64,000 bases of DNA. Source: Candidatus Dadabacteria bacterium (GTDB taxonomy: Bacteria; Desulfobacterota_D; UBA1144; Nemesobacterales; CSP1-2). The notes under the pieces are model-generated. The model saw only the letters and a program-made list of their open reading frames with translations, was not told where the DNA came from and did no database searches. Where the stretch lies: contig CAWDVW010000005.1 in assembly GCA_963805855.1 (NCBI GenBank), positions 576,001 through 640,000 on the forward strand, written 5' to 3'. Shown piece after piece: positions 21,157 through 31,354 of the stretch. The position numbers and the translations under genes were made by a program. The first letter of the stretch is position 1. Each line of letters starts with the position of its first letter.

Positions 21157-21271
21157 GACTACATAAAGTTCTAAATTCCTTGGATGATCAAACTAACACC
21201 TACCTCACTTGATTTTAATCAGAAAATCAAGAGATTGACAACGAAAATCGAGTAGTGTTAGATATGTTCCC

Positions 21272-21817
21272 ATGAATTCAGATAGGGAAAAGCTGAAAAA
21301 GTTGCTCAAGCAAAACTCCATTCTTCGCGGTAAATTTATTCTCTCTTCGGGTAAAGAAAGCGATTATTACATTGATGCCAGGCTTACAACCCTCCATCCA
21401 GAAGGCGTTTATCTCGTGGGGAAAATTTTCCTAGACGAAATTGCCAAAAGTCCCGAGATTAAGGCCGTTGGTGGTCCAACCATGGGAGCTGACCCAATTG
21501 TTGGCTCGATTTTGGTTCTTAGCAATCAAAAAGGACATCCATTGGATGGCTTTATAGTAAGAAAAAATGAGAAGGATCACGGAACAGGTAAATTGATAGA
21601 GGGTAACCTGAAATCCGGATATGGTGTAGCTATAGTTGAAGATGTCATAACAACGGGCAGATCAGTTTTTTGGGCTATCGACGCCGTAGAAAAATCGGGA
21701 GCTGTGGTGAAAAAGGTTTTGGTTATGGTCGACAGAGAAGAAGGCGGGAAAGAATTAATAGAACAAAAGGGTTACGAGTTTTTTTCGATTTTTCACATCG
21801 GCGAGTTGTTAGAATAG
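21272..21817 (+). CDS. pyrE: Orotate phosphoribosyltransferase
   Basis: FILSSGKESDYYID, RKNEKDHGT, VEDVITTG. Confidence 0.95.
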   Translation: MNSDREKLKKLLKQNSILRGKFILSSGKESDYYIDARLTTLHPEGVYLVGKIFLDEIAKSPEIKAVGGPTMGADPIVGSILVLSNQKGHPLDGFIVRKNEKDHGTGKLIEGNLKSGYGVAIVEDVITTGRSVFWAIDAVEKSGAVVKKVLVMVDREEGGKELIEQKGYEFFSIFHIGELLE

Positions 21818-21849
21818 TTTATTATAAATGTCTGCGTGAACCAAAAAAT

Positions 21850-22085
21850 GATAGGCGGGGTTGTCCAACCCCGCAGGGGGAAAACATGACAAATGGAAAC
21901 CTATCGGGACAAGAATGTCCCGACTATCCATGATAGAAACCGTAATCCTCAATGAGTACGTTCATCACTAGCGATAGGGAACAATCTTTTTTGGGGGTAC
22001 GGCTCTTGTTGTCATCCCCGAATGCAGTAATCGGGGATCCAGAAACATGAACATGGATTCCCGCTAACAATCCACGGGAATGACA
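21850..22085. repeat. Composite palindromic repeat cluster between convergent genes
   Basis: GATAGGCGGGGTTGTCCAACCCCGC, TCGGGACAAGAATGTCCCGACTATC, GTCATCCCCG...CGGGGATCCA, TGGATTCCCG...CGGGAATGAC. Confidence 0.85.
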
Positions 22086-22091
22086 AATTGA

Positions 22092-23486
22092 TCAAACCGA
22101 ACTCTTAGGAAACGTTATGTCATACTCCTCGAGTTTTCTGCGAAGGGTCAATCGGTTTATACCCAGAAGCCTGGCAGCTTTTGACTGGTTCCAGCCACTT
22201 GTATTCATTGCCTCCTGTAGTAAAACCCTCTCGGCCTCTTTTAGGATACTATTGTAAATTTGCCCGTTTACCCCACTTGAGTTTAGCATCCCTCTTACCG
22301 AATTACGAAGTGGTTCCACATAGGAATCAGCCGATATTACTTGTGAGACTGAAAGCGTATTTTCCAGCTTTAATTCGTAAGAAGTCAGATAGGGCGTTTT
22401 TGTAAACGCAATTGCCTTACGTATTGTATTTTCAAGCTCCCTGATATTTCCAGGCCAGTCATATTCCGTCAATCTATCTAAGAATTCACTGGTTGTCCCA
22501 AGTATCTCCCTTCCAACTTGATTACTATAACGACGAGCGAAGCATTCCACTAGTAGGGGAATATCCTCTTTCCTTTCGCTTAGAGCTGGAAGATGGATCT
22601 TTACGACATTGATTCGAAAGTAAAGATCCTCTCTGAATTTTCCCTCACGAACCATCTTCTCTAAGTCTTTATTTGTTGCAGCGATTATCCTGATATCTAC
22701 TGTTACGTCCCGGTTATCTCCAAGTTTGTTAAAGGTTTTATTCTGAAGAACCCTGAGAACCTTTGACTGTAAGGAAAGAGACATGTCTCCTATTTCATCC
22801 AGAAAGATTATGCCACCATTAGCTTCTTCAAATTTTCCGATACGTGAATTATTGGCTCCGGTAAAAGCACCCTTTTCGTATCCAAACAGTTCAGCTTCAA
22901 GAAGTGTTTCTGGAATCGCAGCACAATTTATTACGACAAATGGCCTTTCCCATCTTGTGCTTACCTTCCATATCGATTCTGCTACCAGATCCTTACCTGT
23001 TCCACTTTCCCCAGTAATAAGCACCGGTACGTCCACCCGCCCAACCTGTCCTATAAGCTTACATACCTCTTGAAGAATGGGGGAGTCACCAACGATTGCG
23101 CAAGTTACACTGCTACCCTCAATATCTCCATGGAACTGAATCAATCTGCTTCTGAGTTCAGATCTTATTCCGAGAGCGCGATCCAAGGTCTCTAATACCT
23201 TTTTACGATCAAGTGGTCTTAACAGGCAATCAAAAGCGCCAAATGTCATCGATTCTACAAGATACCTCGCCCCCTTTTTTGATGTAACAACGATTATGAA
23301 TGAATCGTCGTTCAGTCTATTGAGATTACCGATACCTAAACTTTCGACATCTAGGAAGACCACATCAGTCCCCCGAGCATTTTCAATATCGCTTTGACTG
23401 GATAGCTCGATGCCACTTGGTATAATAAGTTCCAGTTCTCTAACAAATTTGGTATCTCGGGATAATAATATTACCTTTCCCTGCAT
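22092..23486 (-). CDS. Sigma54-dependent transcriptional activator (NtrC/AtoC family) with atypical receiver domain
   Basis: GESGTGK, ELFGYEKGAFTGA, FLDEIG, FREDLYFR, WPGNIREL, C-terminal Fis-type HTH. Confidence 0.93.
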   Translation of the reverse strand: MQGKVILLSRDTKFVRELELIIPSGIELSSQSDIENARGTDVVFLDVESLGIGNLNRLNDDSFIIVVTSKKGARYLVESMTFGAFDCLLRPLDRKKVLETLDRALGIRSELRSRLIQFHGDIEGSSVTCAIVGDSPILQEVCKLIGQVGRVDVPVLITGESGTGKDLVAESIWKVSTRWERPFVVINCAAIPETLLEAELFGYEKGAFTGANNSRIGKFEEANGGIIFLDEIGDMSLSLQSKVLRVLQNKTFNKLGDNRDVTVDIRIIAATNKDLEKMVREGKFREDLYFRINVVKIHLPALSERKEDIPLLVECFARRYSNQVGREILGTTSEFLDRLTEYDWPGNIRELENTIRKAIAFTKTPYLTSYELKLENTLSVSQVISADSYVEPLRNSVRGMLNSSGVNGQIYNSILKEAERVLLQEAMNTSGWNQSKAARLLGINRLTLRRKLEEYDITFPKSSV

Positions 23487-23551
23487 TTGATTCTCCGATT
23501 TTATTGTAACACAACTATACAGGGTGATTATAATTTAATCAAGATAGAACA

Positions 23552-23564
23552 TATCAATACCTTG
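23552..23564 (+). promoter_or_regulatory. Putative IHF binding site
   Basis: TATCAATACCTTG matches WATCAANNNNTTR, about 33 bp upstream of the -24 element. Confidence 0.55.
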
Positions 23565-23595
23565 TATTTAACCAAAATCTATCTTTTTCCCTCTA

Positions 23596-23611
23596 CGGTA
23601 TATTTTTTGCA
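23596..23611 (+). promoter_or_regulatory. Putative sigma54 (-24/-12) promoter of the sulfate assimilation operon
   Basis: CGGTATATTTTTTGCA: GG-N10-GC spacing with TTGCA; divergent from a sigma54 activator gene. Confidence 0.65.
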
Positions 23612-23671
23612 ACCATTAACCGACTTTTATATCAAAATTCAATTATCACCTAAACTTAAGGAGAAATATAA

Positions 23672-24679
23672 TTGGGCTTCGTGATCCCGATCGCTATAGG
23701 TCTATCTGTCCTTCTGGCAGTTAATATCGGCGCAAATAATTCAGCTGCCGCAATGGCAACCGCATATGGAGCAGGGGCTAGATCTAAAAGAGAGGCCATT
23801 ACACTAATTGCAATCTTTGCACTTTTAGGAGCACTAATTGCCGGTAGCTCTGTCATAAAAACATTGGGAAAGGGGCTGGTTCCAGAATCTGTTCTCTCTA
23901 CACATATCGGACTGGTGTTAATCGTACTTATTATCGCAATAATTTTTATTTCTTGGGCAAATCTTGTACGAGTTCCCGTTGCGACTACCCACGCTATTGT
24001 CTGTGCAATGGCAGGTGTTGGCATTTACTCAGACGCATTTAATGGAAGGAAGTTTTTTGAAATTGTTATCTGGTGGATTATAACACCCTTTGTCGCTTGG
24101 TTTTTAAACTATCTTATTGGAAGATATTTATATTTTCGAGCCATCAAATTCCTTACCAGTCATTATACCGAGAGAAGCATAAATAGAGTTTTGACTCTCT
24201 TCCTAACTGTTTCTGGATGTTTTGTAGCTTTTTCGGCTGGTGCCAATAATTCAGCAAACGCTGTAGGTCCTCTTGTGGGCATGGGACTCATAAATTCGCA
24301 CTCAGGGGCAATCTTAGCAGGTGTAGCTATGGGAGCAGGAGCAATATTATTAGGCGGGAGGGTACTCGAAACAGTAGGGAAGGAAATCACCGAAATTTGC
24401 ATACTAAGAGCCATTTCTGTTGAATTCACCGGGGCTACGTTGCTTCTTACCGCCTCACTGTTTGGAATACCGGTTTCATTAGCGGAAATTATTACTTCAG
24501 GTATAATTGGGTTTTCCTGTGCCCAACAAGGCTTCACTGTAACGGCTCAGAATAGACACGTAGCGCGCATAGCGTTTTTTTGGTTTGTCGTACCTTTTGT
24601 TGCGATTGGATTGAGTTACATGCTCTCTTCAATATATTTCAAGTATGACATCATAGCCATCGTAGGCAGAAACTTTTAG
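23672..24679 (+). CDS. PiT-family anion permease, probably CysP-type sulfate permease
   Basis: Two GANN signature motifs; first gene of the operon with sat and cysH; AAGGAG RBS before TTG. Confidence 0.85.
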   Translation: MGFVIPIAIGLSVLLAVNIGANNSAAAMATAYGAGARSKREAITLIAIFALLGALIAGSSVIKTLGKGLVPESVLSTHIGLVLIVLIIAIIFISWANLVRVPVATTHAIVCAMAGVGIYSDAFNGRKFFEIVIWWIITPFVAWFLNYLIGRYLYFRAIKFLTSHYTERSINRVLTLFLTVSGCFVAFSAGANNSANAVGPLVGMGLINSHSGAILAGVAMGAGAILLGGRVLETVGKEITEICILRAISVEFTGATLLLTASLFGIPVSLAEIITSGIIGFSCAQQGFTVTAQNRHVARIAFFWFVVPFVAIGLSYMLSSIYFKYDIIAIVGRNF

Positions 24680-24703
24680 TAGAATTAAGGAGAAGCTATA
24701 ATC

Positions 24704-25864
24704 ATGTTTGATATAATCCAACCCCATGGTGGAAAACTGGTAAACAGATTGCTTCAAGGAAAGGCCAGAGAAGAAGCCCTGATAAAGGCGAGAAGTTTAA
24801 AAAGTATCAATGTTTCTTATAGAATAATTTCGGATATAGAGCTAATAGCAGTTGGAGCTTTCAGTCCCATTGAGGGATTTATGGGAAAAGAAGACTACAA
24901 TAGTGTAATTGAAAATATGAGACTTAAGGATGGGCTTCCGTGGAGCATTCCAATTACACTTCCCGTGTCAGAAGAAGAGGCAACCGACTTAGAAGAGGGT
25001 GAGGAAGTGTCACTCGTTGACCAGGATGGAAATATAATTGCAATGCTGATTCTTGAGGAAAAATATCCCTATGATAAGGAAAGGGAAGCAAAAAATGTTT
25101 ATGGAACCAGCGACTTAGCTCACCCTGGTGTAAGCGTGCTTTATGGCCAGAGTAGTATCCTTCTAGGTGGAAAGATAAGCCTTATCAACAGACAGAAGGA
25201 TATTGAATTTCCAAAGTATGCATTAGATCCCTCACAAACGAGAGAGATATTCAAGAATAAGGGATGGAGAACGATTGTCGCTTTTCAAACGAGGAATCCG
25301 ATACACCGGGCCCACGAATATTTGCAGAAATGCGCTCTAGAGATGGTTGACGGCCTGTTGATCCACCCGATTGTAGGCGAGACAAAATCGGACGATATAC
25401 CGGCTCACCTCCGGATCAAATGCTACGAAGAACTGTTAGAGAATTACTATCCAAAGGATAGAAGTTTGCTAGCAGTTCTACCGACTGCAATGAGATACGC
25501 AGGTCCAAAGGAGGCTATCTTTCATGCGATCGTGAGAAAAAACTACGGATGCACGCATTTCATCGTAGGTCGCGATCACGCAGGGGTCGGTAACTATTAT
25601 GGAACCTATGACGCCCATAAAATCTTCGATAGCTTTAATCATGACGAAATTGGTATCACGCCGTTGTTTTTTGATCACGCATTCTATTGCAAGAAGTGTA
25701 ATGGAATGGCAACGACAAAGACTTGCCCCTGTCCACCTGAAAATCACGTTCACCTCAGCGGTACCAAGGTCAGGGAATTGCTTAAGAATAAACAGCAATT
25801 GCCTGTCGAGTTCACTAGGCCGGAGGTGGCAAAGATTTTGATGGAAGCCTATGGTAATCAATGA
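24704..25864 (+). CDS. sat: Sulfate adenylyltransferase
   Basis: PHGGKL, FQTRNPIHRAHE, MRYAGPKEA, HFIVGRDHAG, SGTKVR. Confidence 0.97.
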   Translation: MFDIIQPHGGKLVNRLLQGKAREEALIKARSLKSINVSYRIISDIELIAVGAFSPIEGFMGKEDYNSVIENMRLKDGLPWSIPITLPVSEEEATDLEEGEEVSLVDQDGNIIAMLILEEKYPYDKEREAKNVYGTSDLAHPGVSVLYGQSSILLGGKISLINRQKDIEFPKYALDPSQTREIFKNKGWRTIVAFQTRNPIHRAHEYLQKCALEMVDGLLIHPIVGETKSDDIPAHLRIKCYEELLENYYPKDRSLLAVLPTAMRYAGPKEAIFHAIVRKNYGCTHFIVGRDHAGVGNYYGTYDAHKIFDSFNHDEIGITPLFFDHAFYCKKCNGMATTKTCPCPPENHVHLSGTKVRELLKNKQQLPVEFTRPEVAKILMEAYGNQ

Positions 25865-25882
25865 AATGTCTAACTATGAGGC

Positions 25883-25912
25883 AACGAATAATATATAAAC
25901 GAATAATATATA
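25883..25912 (+). repeat. Perfect 15-bp tandem duplication
   Basis: AACGAATAATATATA x2 in the sat-cysH spacer. Confidence 0.85.
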
Positions 25913-25934
25913 AATGTAAAAACAGGAGAGAAAT

Positions 25935-26657
25935 ATGAGACTTGATCAGGCCCAACTAAATGAATTGAATAACATGTATTCCGACAAATCTGCCGAGGAG
26001 GTTCTGAAGTGGACACTTGATAACCTCCACCCTAAAGTCGCTCTGGCCTCGAGCTTCGGAGCCGAAGACGTGGTTTTGATCGACATGCTGACAAAGATAA
26101 ACCCTGAAGCGAGGATATTCACGCTAGATACCGGAAGGCTCAACCAAGAGACTTATGATGTTATGGATAACTTAAGAAGCAACTACAAGATTAAATTCGA
26201 AGTAATGTTTCCAAATCAGGACGACGTCGAGGCAATGGTCAGAGAGCATGGGATGAATCTGTTTTACAGATCGCAAGCAAATAGAAAGCTTTGCTGTGGG
26301 ATCAGAAAGGTTGCCCCACTGACTAAGATTTTATCAACGCTCGACGGCTGGATAACCGGAATAAGGGCCGACCAAACTCAAAACAGAGGCAATGCGAATA
26401 AATTCGAGATTGATAATCAATTTGGTGGGATATTAAAGGCCAATCCGCTAATAGATTGGACATGGGATCAGGTTTGGGATTATATAAAAGTGAATAAAGT
26501 ACCTTACAATAAACTACACGATAATGGATACCCTAGCATAGGTTGTGAGCCATGTACGAGGGCCGTGAAGGAAGGAGAAGACCTTAGAGCCGGCCGATGG
26601 TGGTGGGAAAGCGAGTCGGACAAGGAGTGCGGCCTGCACATGGAGCACAGGGCATAG
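25935..26657 (+). CDS. cysH: Assimilatory APS/PAPS reductase, Fe-S (APS-reductase) type
   Basis: LDTG, CCGIRK, SIGCEPCT, RAGRW, ECGLH. Confidence 0.95.
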   Translation: MRLDQAQLNELNNMYSDKSAEEVLKWTLDNLHPKVALASSFGAEDVVLIDMLTKINPEARIFTLDTGRLNQETYDVMDNLRSNYKIKFEVMFPNQDDVEAMVREHGMNLFYRSQANRKLCCGIRKVAPLTKILSTLDGWITGIRADQTQNRGNANKFEIDNQFGGILKANPLIDWTWDQVWDYIKVNKVPYNKLHDNGYPSIGCEPCTRAVKEGEDLRAGRWWWESESDKECGLHMEHRA

Positions 26658-26821
26658 ACGGCATAAGCTTAATACCTATAGATATCCATGTAGCTGAAAT
26701 CATTCTATGGTCATTAATATTTTTGAGTGAAAGATTAATTTCTCTAGTATGCCTTTTTTTTCACTGTCCACTGCACCTTCGCAATGTTTGGAATGCCGTT
26801 CAAGTGGGCCATAAGATCGAT

Positions 26822-27092
26822 GAGATGGAAACCTATCGGGACAAGAATGCCCAGAGTATCCATATTAAATACCTTTATCAATAATGATAGGCAAAAGCAT
26901 GGATTCCCGCTTACAATCCGCGGGAATGACAAAAAGGATAGGCGGGGTTTTCCAACCCCGCATAGATAAAACATAAGGAATGGAAACCTGAAGGTTTCCG
27001 CTACATTTAGTTATAATCCTATTTTATGTAGCGGAGGACTTTAGTCCTCCACAAAACATGAGGAACGGTAACCTAACCTGTATCACGCTACA
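26822..27092. repeat. Composite palindromic repeat cluster
   Basis: TCGGGACAAGAATGCCC, TGGATTCCCG...CGGGAATGAC, GATAGGCGGGGTTTTCCAACCCCGC, GGAAACCTGAAGGTTTCCGCTAC, GTAGCGGAGGACTTTAGTCCTCC. Confidence 0.88.
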
Positions 27093-27229
27093 TTGTATCC
27101 ACTAGTTGAATTTCATCTTCGATAATTCATGAAAAAACGACGAGATTTTTTAAATCACTGAAAAAAAGTATTGATTTTTCTACAAATATCTGTATGATTG
27201 AGGAAAAATCATTTCATAAAGGAGGAGAG

Positions 27230-27526
27230 ATGGCAACAAGTAAAACTATAACAAAGTCTCAGATTGCTGCGCATATTGCTGAGAAAAACGGTTTAACCAA
27301 AAAGACCGCTTCTCAGGTTCTGGATGACATCGCAGCTCTTGCTTACAAATCAGCCAAAAGAAATGGCGAGTTTACCCTGCCGGGGCTTGGAAAATTGGTT
27401 CTATCAAGAAGGAAAGCAAGAAAAGGAAGAAACCCCGCGACGGGTGCACTAATTAAAATTCCAGCTAAGAGAGTTGTTAAGTTCAGAGTAGCAAAGGCCT
27501 GTAAAGACTCTATTCTTGGAAGTTGA
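27230..27526 (+). CDS. HU family DNA-binding protein
   Basis: GEFTLPGLGK, RKGRNPATG, IKIPAKRVVKFR; AGGAGG RBS supports the ATG at 27230. Confidence 0.93.
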   Translation: MATSKTITKSQIAAHIAEKNGLTKKTASQVLDDIAALAYKSAKRNGEFTLPGLGKLVLSRRKARKGRNPATGALIKIPAKRVVKFRVAKACKDSILGS

Positions 27527-27854
27527 TCGCAACTTTTCAGTTCAGCAATCATTTACCCACCTCAGACTTAAACATAGGTGGCGGAGTGTATACTTACAAC
27601 GGAATGGGTATATCTTCGGTCGGCCTGTTTCAGCCTATTCGTGACAATTGATGATTTAGGCACCGTATTTCGGGTTAACTGACGCGTTCCATCTAGATTG
27701 GTACCGAGTTATTCATTCAATTCGGTATCAGGTCGCTTTTATATCCTCGCGATGACGTCCAAACGCATGTCTTGTCGTTCACGCGGATTTCCCGATAGAG
27801 CCTGCACTCGAATGCATTGATCAGGTGTTCGTCCCAACATGCTGCTGCTGGTGA

Positions 27855-28197
27855 TGGATCCCCAATAACGCCATTTGGGAATGACATGAGGGGGTGGATT
27901 ACCGGCAACTATCAGCAAACGACAAAAACGATAGGCGGGGTTTTCCAACCCCGCATGGATAAAACATATCGGGTGGAAACCTAAAGGTTTCCGCTACATT
28001 TAGTCGCGGATATACCGATGTCTGAAGGTCACCACTGCAATAATCATAACCCTGCTTTATGTAGCGGAGGACTTTAGTCCTCCATAAAATCGATGAGATG
28101 GAATCGCATCGGGACAATCATGCCCCGACTATCCATAATAATTACCGTCATCAATAACATAGGCGGGGTTTTCCAGCCCCGCATGGATAAAACATAC
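27855..28197. repeat. Composite palindromic repeat: one full multi-hairpin unit of the 43-44 kb array in reverse orientation, plus a GTC hairpin
   Basis: Same hairpins and same linkers (ATAATCATAACCCTG, TTTAGTCGCGGATATACCGATGTCTGAAGGT) as the reverse complement of ~44030-44250. Confidence 0.88.
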
Positions 28198-28261
28198 CGA
28201 TATTTTCCAAAACGAACAGCATTTCGTGATTAAAGCCTAAAATATTGGATGAAAATGCTTA

Positions 28262-29437
28262 CTACTCCTTTTGTCTCAGTGCCAGAGTAATTTTCGTGTA
28301 TGCCGCTTGGCTAGCGGGGAGTAAACCCCCGAAAAGCCCGATAAGGAGCGATAGCGAGAGCCCGGTGATTATCCGGCCTGGTGTCAAACGGAAAGCGAAT
28401 ACCACCTCAGAGAAGGTGTTAAAGTTTGTTGTGCCAGTCACATCACTTATAGCAAATTTCACAAGCAGTAAGCCCATCAAGCAACCGATGATACCACCAA
28501 TAAGAGATATAATCAGTGATTCTGCGACGAATGAGGTTAATATTGAGAATCGTGAAAATCCAAGCACCCTCAAGGTAGCGATTTCCATCGTACGGGTTGA
28601 GATATTCGCATACATAGTATTCATGGCCCCGAAACTGGCACCTATAGCCATGATGATTCCGATGAACATCCCTATAAATTTAATCGGGTCAGCCACGGAG
28701 GTCTGTCGATTGTAATATTCTCTTTCGACTGTTCCGTCCAGCGAGAGGCGCTGGTCACTTTCGAGAGCATTCACAAACCTCTTCTGATTCGCCCTATCCG
28801 AAGCCCTTACTAAAATTGAAGAATAAATCGTTCTCTTATAATCTCCCATTACTCCCTGAACATCTGACCAGATTTCGCTGTCGGCTGCGGTTCCACCCGC
28901 ATCGAATATCCCAACAATCTTCCACCTATTTGACCCCGCATGAACAATGTCTCCTACACTCATATTCTTGAAACGTTTAGAAATCCCCCGAGAAACAATT
29001 ACTTCGGAAACGCCAGGATTGAACATTCTTCCCTCTACGATCTTGAAATGAGGCCTTAAAAGCGGACCTTTTTCCGACACTCCCCTTACAGTAACATTGG
29101 AAGCCCCTCCACCTATCTTCTCCAAATTTATGACAACTACGATCTCAGCGGAAACCAGGGGCTTTTGATCAGCGTCTTTATCGATACCTGGTAGTGTATA
29201 TACGAGTGGGACTTGATCTTTATATATTCCCGACTGTATCTCCGATTGCGAGTTTTTCCTGAGAACTATAACATTATCAGAGGAACCGGATGCCTTGAAC
29301 ACGCTGGCTAAACCATCTGCAAGGGCTAATACACTAAGAAGCACAGCCACGACAAGTCCGATTCCAAATGCCGTCAAACCGGTTGTTATTTTGCGTACGG
29401 CTATGTTTCTTAAATTGTACTTTATCGGTATAGACAT
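28262..29437 (-). CDS. MacB/FtsX-family ABC transporter permease
   Basis: EIATLRVLGF, periplasmic domain, C-terminal GGLLPA. Confidence 0.9.
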   Translation of the reverse strand: MSIPIKYNLRNIAVRKITTGLTAFGIGLVVAVLLSVLALADGLASVFKASGSSDNVIVLRKNSQSEIQSGIYKDQVPLVYTLPGIDKDADQKPLVSAEIVVVINLEKIGGGASNVTVRGVSEKGPLLRPHFKIVEGRMFNPGVSEVIVSRGISKRFKNMSVGDIVHAGSNRWKIVGIFDAGGTAADSEIWSDVQGVMGDYKRTIYSSILVRASDRANQKRFVNALESDQRLSLDGTVEREYYNRQTSVADPIKFIGMFIGIIMAIGASFGAMNTMYANISTRTMEIATLRVLGFSRFSILTSFVAESLIISLIGGIIGCLMGLLLVKFAISDVTGTTNFNTFSEVVFAFRLTPGRIITGLSLSLLIGLFGGLLPASQAAYTKITLALRQKE

Positions 29438-29441
29438 CCTC

Positions 29442-30608
29442 TTATCCTACGTATCTCAGTCCCTCTCTAATCGAACGCCTGCTAGACCCAACGGCCGGAA
29501 TTATCGCCGAGAATATACCAACCATTATGCTCACAACAATCGCCAGCAAGATCGTCTCCGGATAAAAGGCCAGTGCTTCAGCAAGACCTCCCATCGGCGT
29601 GGTAGCTAGGAAAGACTTTAAAGGGTCAAAAGTTAGCACGAAGATTACAACCCCCAATATTCCACCTATTATACTCATTATAAGGCTCTCACCCAGGATA
29701 AAGGACAGTATCATAATACGGGTAAATCCCAATGTTCTTAGAACGGCAATCTCTCTAATTCGCTCCCGAGCGGAAATAGCAATTGTATTAGCTGATATAA
29801 GTATGACAACCAATACAATTATTACCCCCATTGAAGTTATTAATAGCTTTATGTTACCGAGCATCGACACGAAACCCATCTGGAAGGCCTTTTCACTTTC
29901 TGTCGTTGTTGGATAAGCAGAATTCTCAAATAATTTATCAATTTGAGTCGCAAGCCGGGTTGCCGATTCTGGATCTCTTGCCTTGGTCCATATCGTCCCG
30001 ACTTTTCCTTTAAAACTCGGCAGTGCTTCTTCCAGATACTTTCTGTTAAAAAACAGCGCATCAGATGCCCCGGTGGCGACCTCATATACCCCGCGGACTG
30101 TGAGCTGGAGAGTAACTGGATAAATAGTCCCTACAATTACAATTTTATCACCAATTTTCCATCCAAATTTTTTTACCAAGTCTTCTCCAACAATACAACC
30201 CGATGGGTCATTAACCCAGTCTTCCGTAGAACCTTTCACCATTGAAGCATCATCAAAAACCTTTAATAGCGATTTGGGCTCAACTGCAAACCTGGCAAAA
30301 AAATTCTCTGCACTCTGATCAATATAAGTACCGCCAAACCAAGCGAAATAAGTAATAGCCATTACCCCATCTAAACGCGAGATTTTATCGGCATAGCTCG
30401 CCGGGATTGGGTTAGTCAGACCAACTTTGTGTCTTGTTACTAATCGAAACATCCCACGGGTTTCAGATGGGTCGGGTTGATCCAGTACTTGGAGAAAGGA
30501 ATTTAATAGACAAATCAGAATTAATGGAATCAATATCGAAATAATTGTTAATACCGATCTAGTCTTTTTTCTGAATACATTCTTCAGCAAGAAGGGAATA
30601 TATTTCAT
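29442..30608 (-). CDS. MacB/FtsX-family ABC transporter permease
   Basis: KNVFRKKTRS, RERIREIAVLRTLGF. Confidence 0.9.
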   Translation of the reverse strand: MKYIPFLLKNVFRKKTRSVLTIISILIPLILICLLNSFLQVLDQPDPSETRGMFRLVTRHKVGLTNPIPASYADKISRLDGVMAITYFAWFGGTYIDQSAENFFARFAVEPKSLLKVFDDASMVKGSTEDWVNDPSGCIVGEDLVKKFGWKIGDKIVIVGTIYPVTLQLTVRGVYEVATGASDALFFNRKYLEEALPSFKGKVGTIWTKARDPESATRLATQIDKLFENSAYPTTTESEKAFQMGFVSMLGNIKLLITSMGVIIVLVVILISANTIAISARERIREIAVLRTLGFTRIMILSFILGESLIMSIIGGILGVVIFVLTFDPLKSFLATTPMGGLAEALAFYPETILLAIVVSIMVGIFSAIIPAVGSSRRSIREGLRYVG

Positions 30609-30637
30609 AATTTTTCGGATCGCCTACCTCGGAGCAA

Positions 30638-31351
30638 CTAACAATATATAGCCTGATTATTATTCAAGGTTACATCATCCCTCATTAAGCCCTTATCAAG
30701 ATGGATAATGCGAGAAGCGCGGGCCGCTGCATGTTGATCATGGGTCACCATTACGATAGTTTTTTTGAATGTCTTATTCAAATTTTCGAGGAGAAATAGT
30801 ATCTCCTCGGCACTCTTAGCATCCAGATCACCCGTTGGCTCATCGGCTAACAATATTGTTGGGTCGGTCACAATTGCACGCGCGATACCAACCCGTTGTT
30901 CTTGTCCTCCGGATAGCTGGCGTGGGTAAAACGACCTCCTGTCCGTCAACCCAACTATTTCAAGCGCTGTTTCAACATGCTCTCTTCTCTCCGATTTACT
31001 TAGGGGAGTAAGTAGCAGCGGGAGCTCAACATTTTCGTAGGCGGTAAGTGCTGGAATGAGATTATAGAATTGAAAAATGAAACCGATATGTTGGCTTCGC
31101 CAACGGGCGAGTTCACCCTCGGTCATCGCTGAAATTTCATCCGAACCTACAAGTATCTCTCCATCAGTCGTACCATCAATCCCAGCTATTAGATTAAGAA
31201 TGGTGGTTTTACCCGACCCAGAGGGCCCCATTATTGCTATGAATTCCCCTTCAAGCATTCTTAGGGTTAAACCATTTAATACGGTGATTTCCTCAGAGTT
31301 GGTATTATATGTCTTAACGACGTTAACCAACCTGATAAGGGCATCAGGCAT
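30638..31351 (-). CDS. ABC transporter ATP-binding protein (LolD/MacB-like)
   Basis: [30 protein letters not shown]. Confidence 0.95.
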   Translation of the reverse strand: MPDALIRLVNVVKTYNTNSEEITVLNGLTLRMLEGEFIAIMGPSGSGKTTILNLIAGIDGTTDGEILVGSDEISAMTEGELARWRSQHIGFIFQFYNLIPALTAYENVELPLLLTPLSKSERREHVETALEIVGLTDRRSFYPRQLSGGQEQRVGIARAIVTDPTILLADEPTGDLDAKSAEEILFLLENLNKTFKKTIVMVTHDQHAAARASRIIHLDKGLMRDDVTLNNNQAIYC

Positions 31352-31354
31352 CAG

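Noticed and set aside
24704-26657. Dissimilatory sulfate reduction
   Set aside because: sat is paired with a CysH-type reductase and a permease; no aprAB, qmo or dsr genes here.
27560-27855. Possible gene remnant or ncRNA after HU (also 35927-36139 and 38735-38870)
   Set aside because: Slightly higher GC, but no frame or structure that I could assign.
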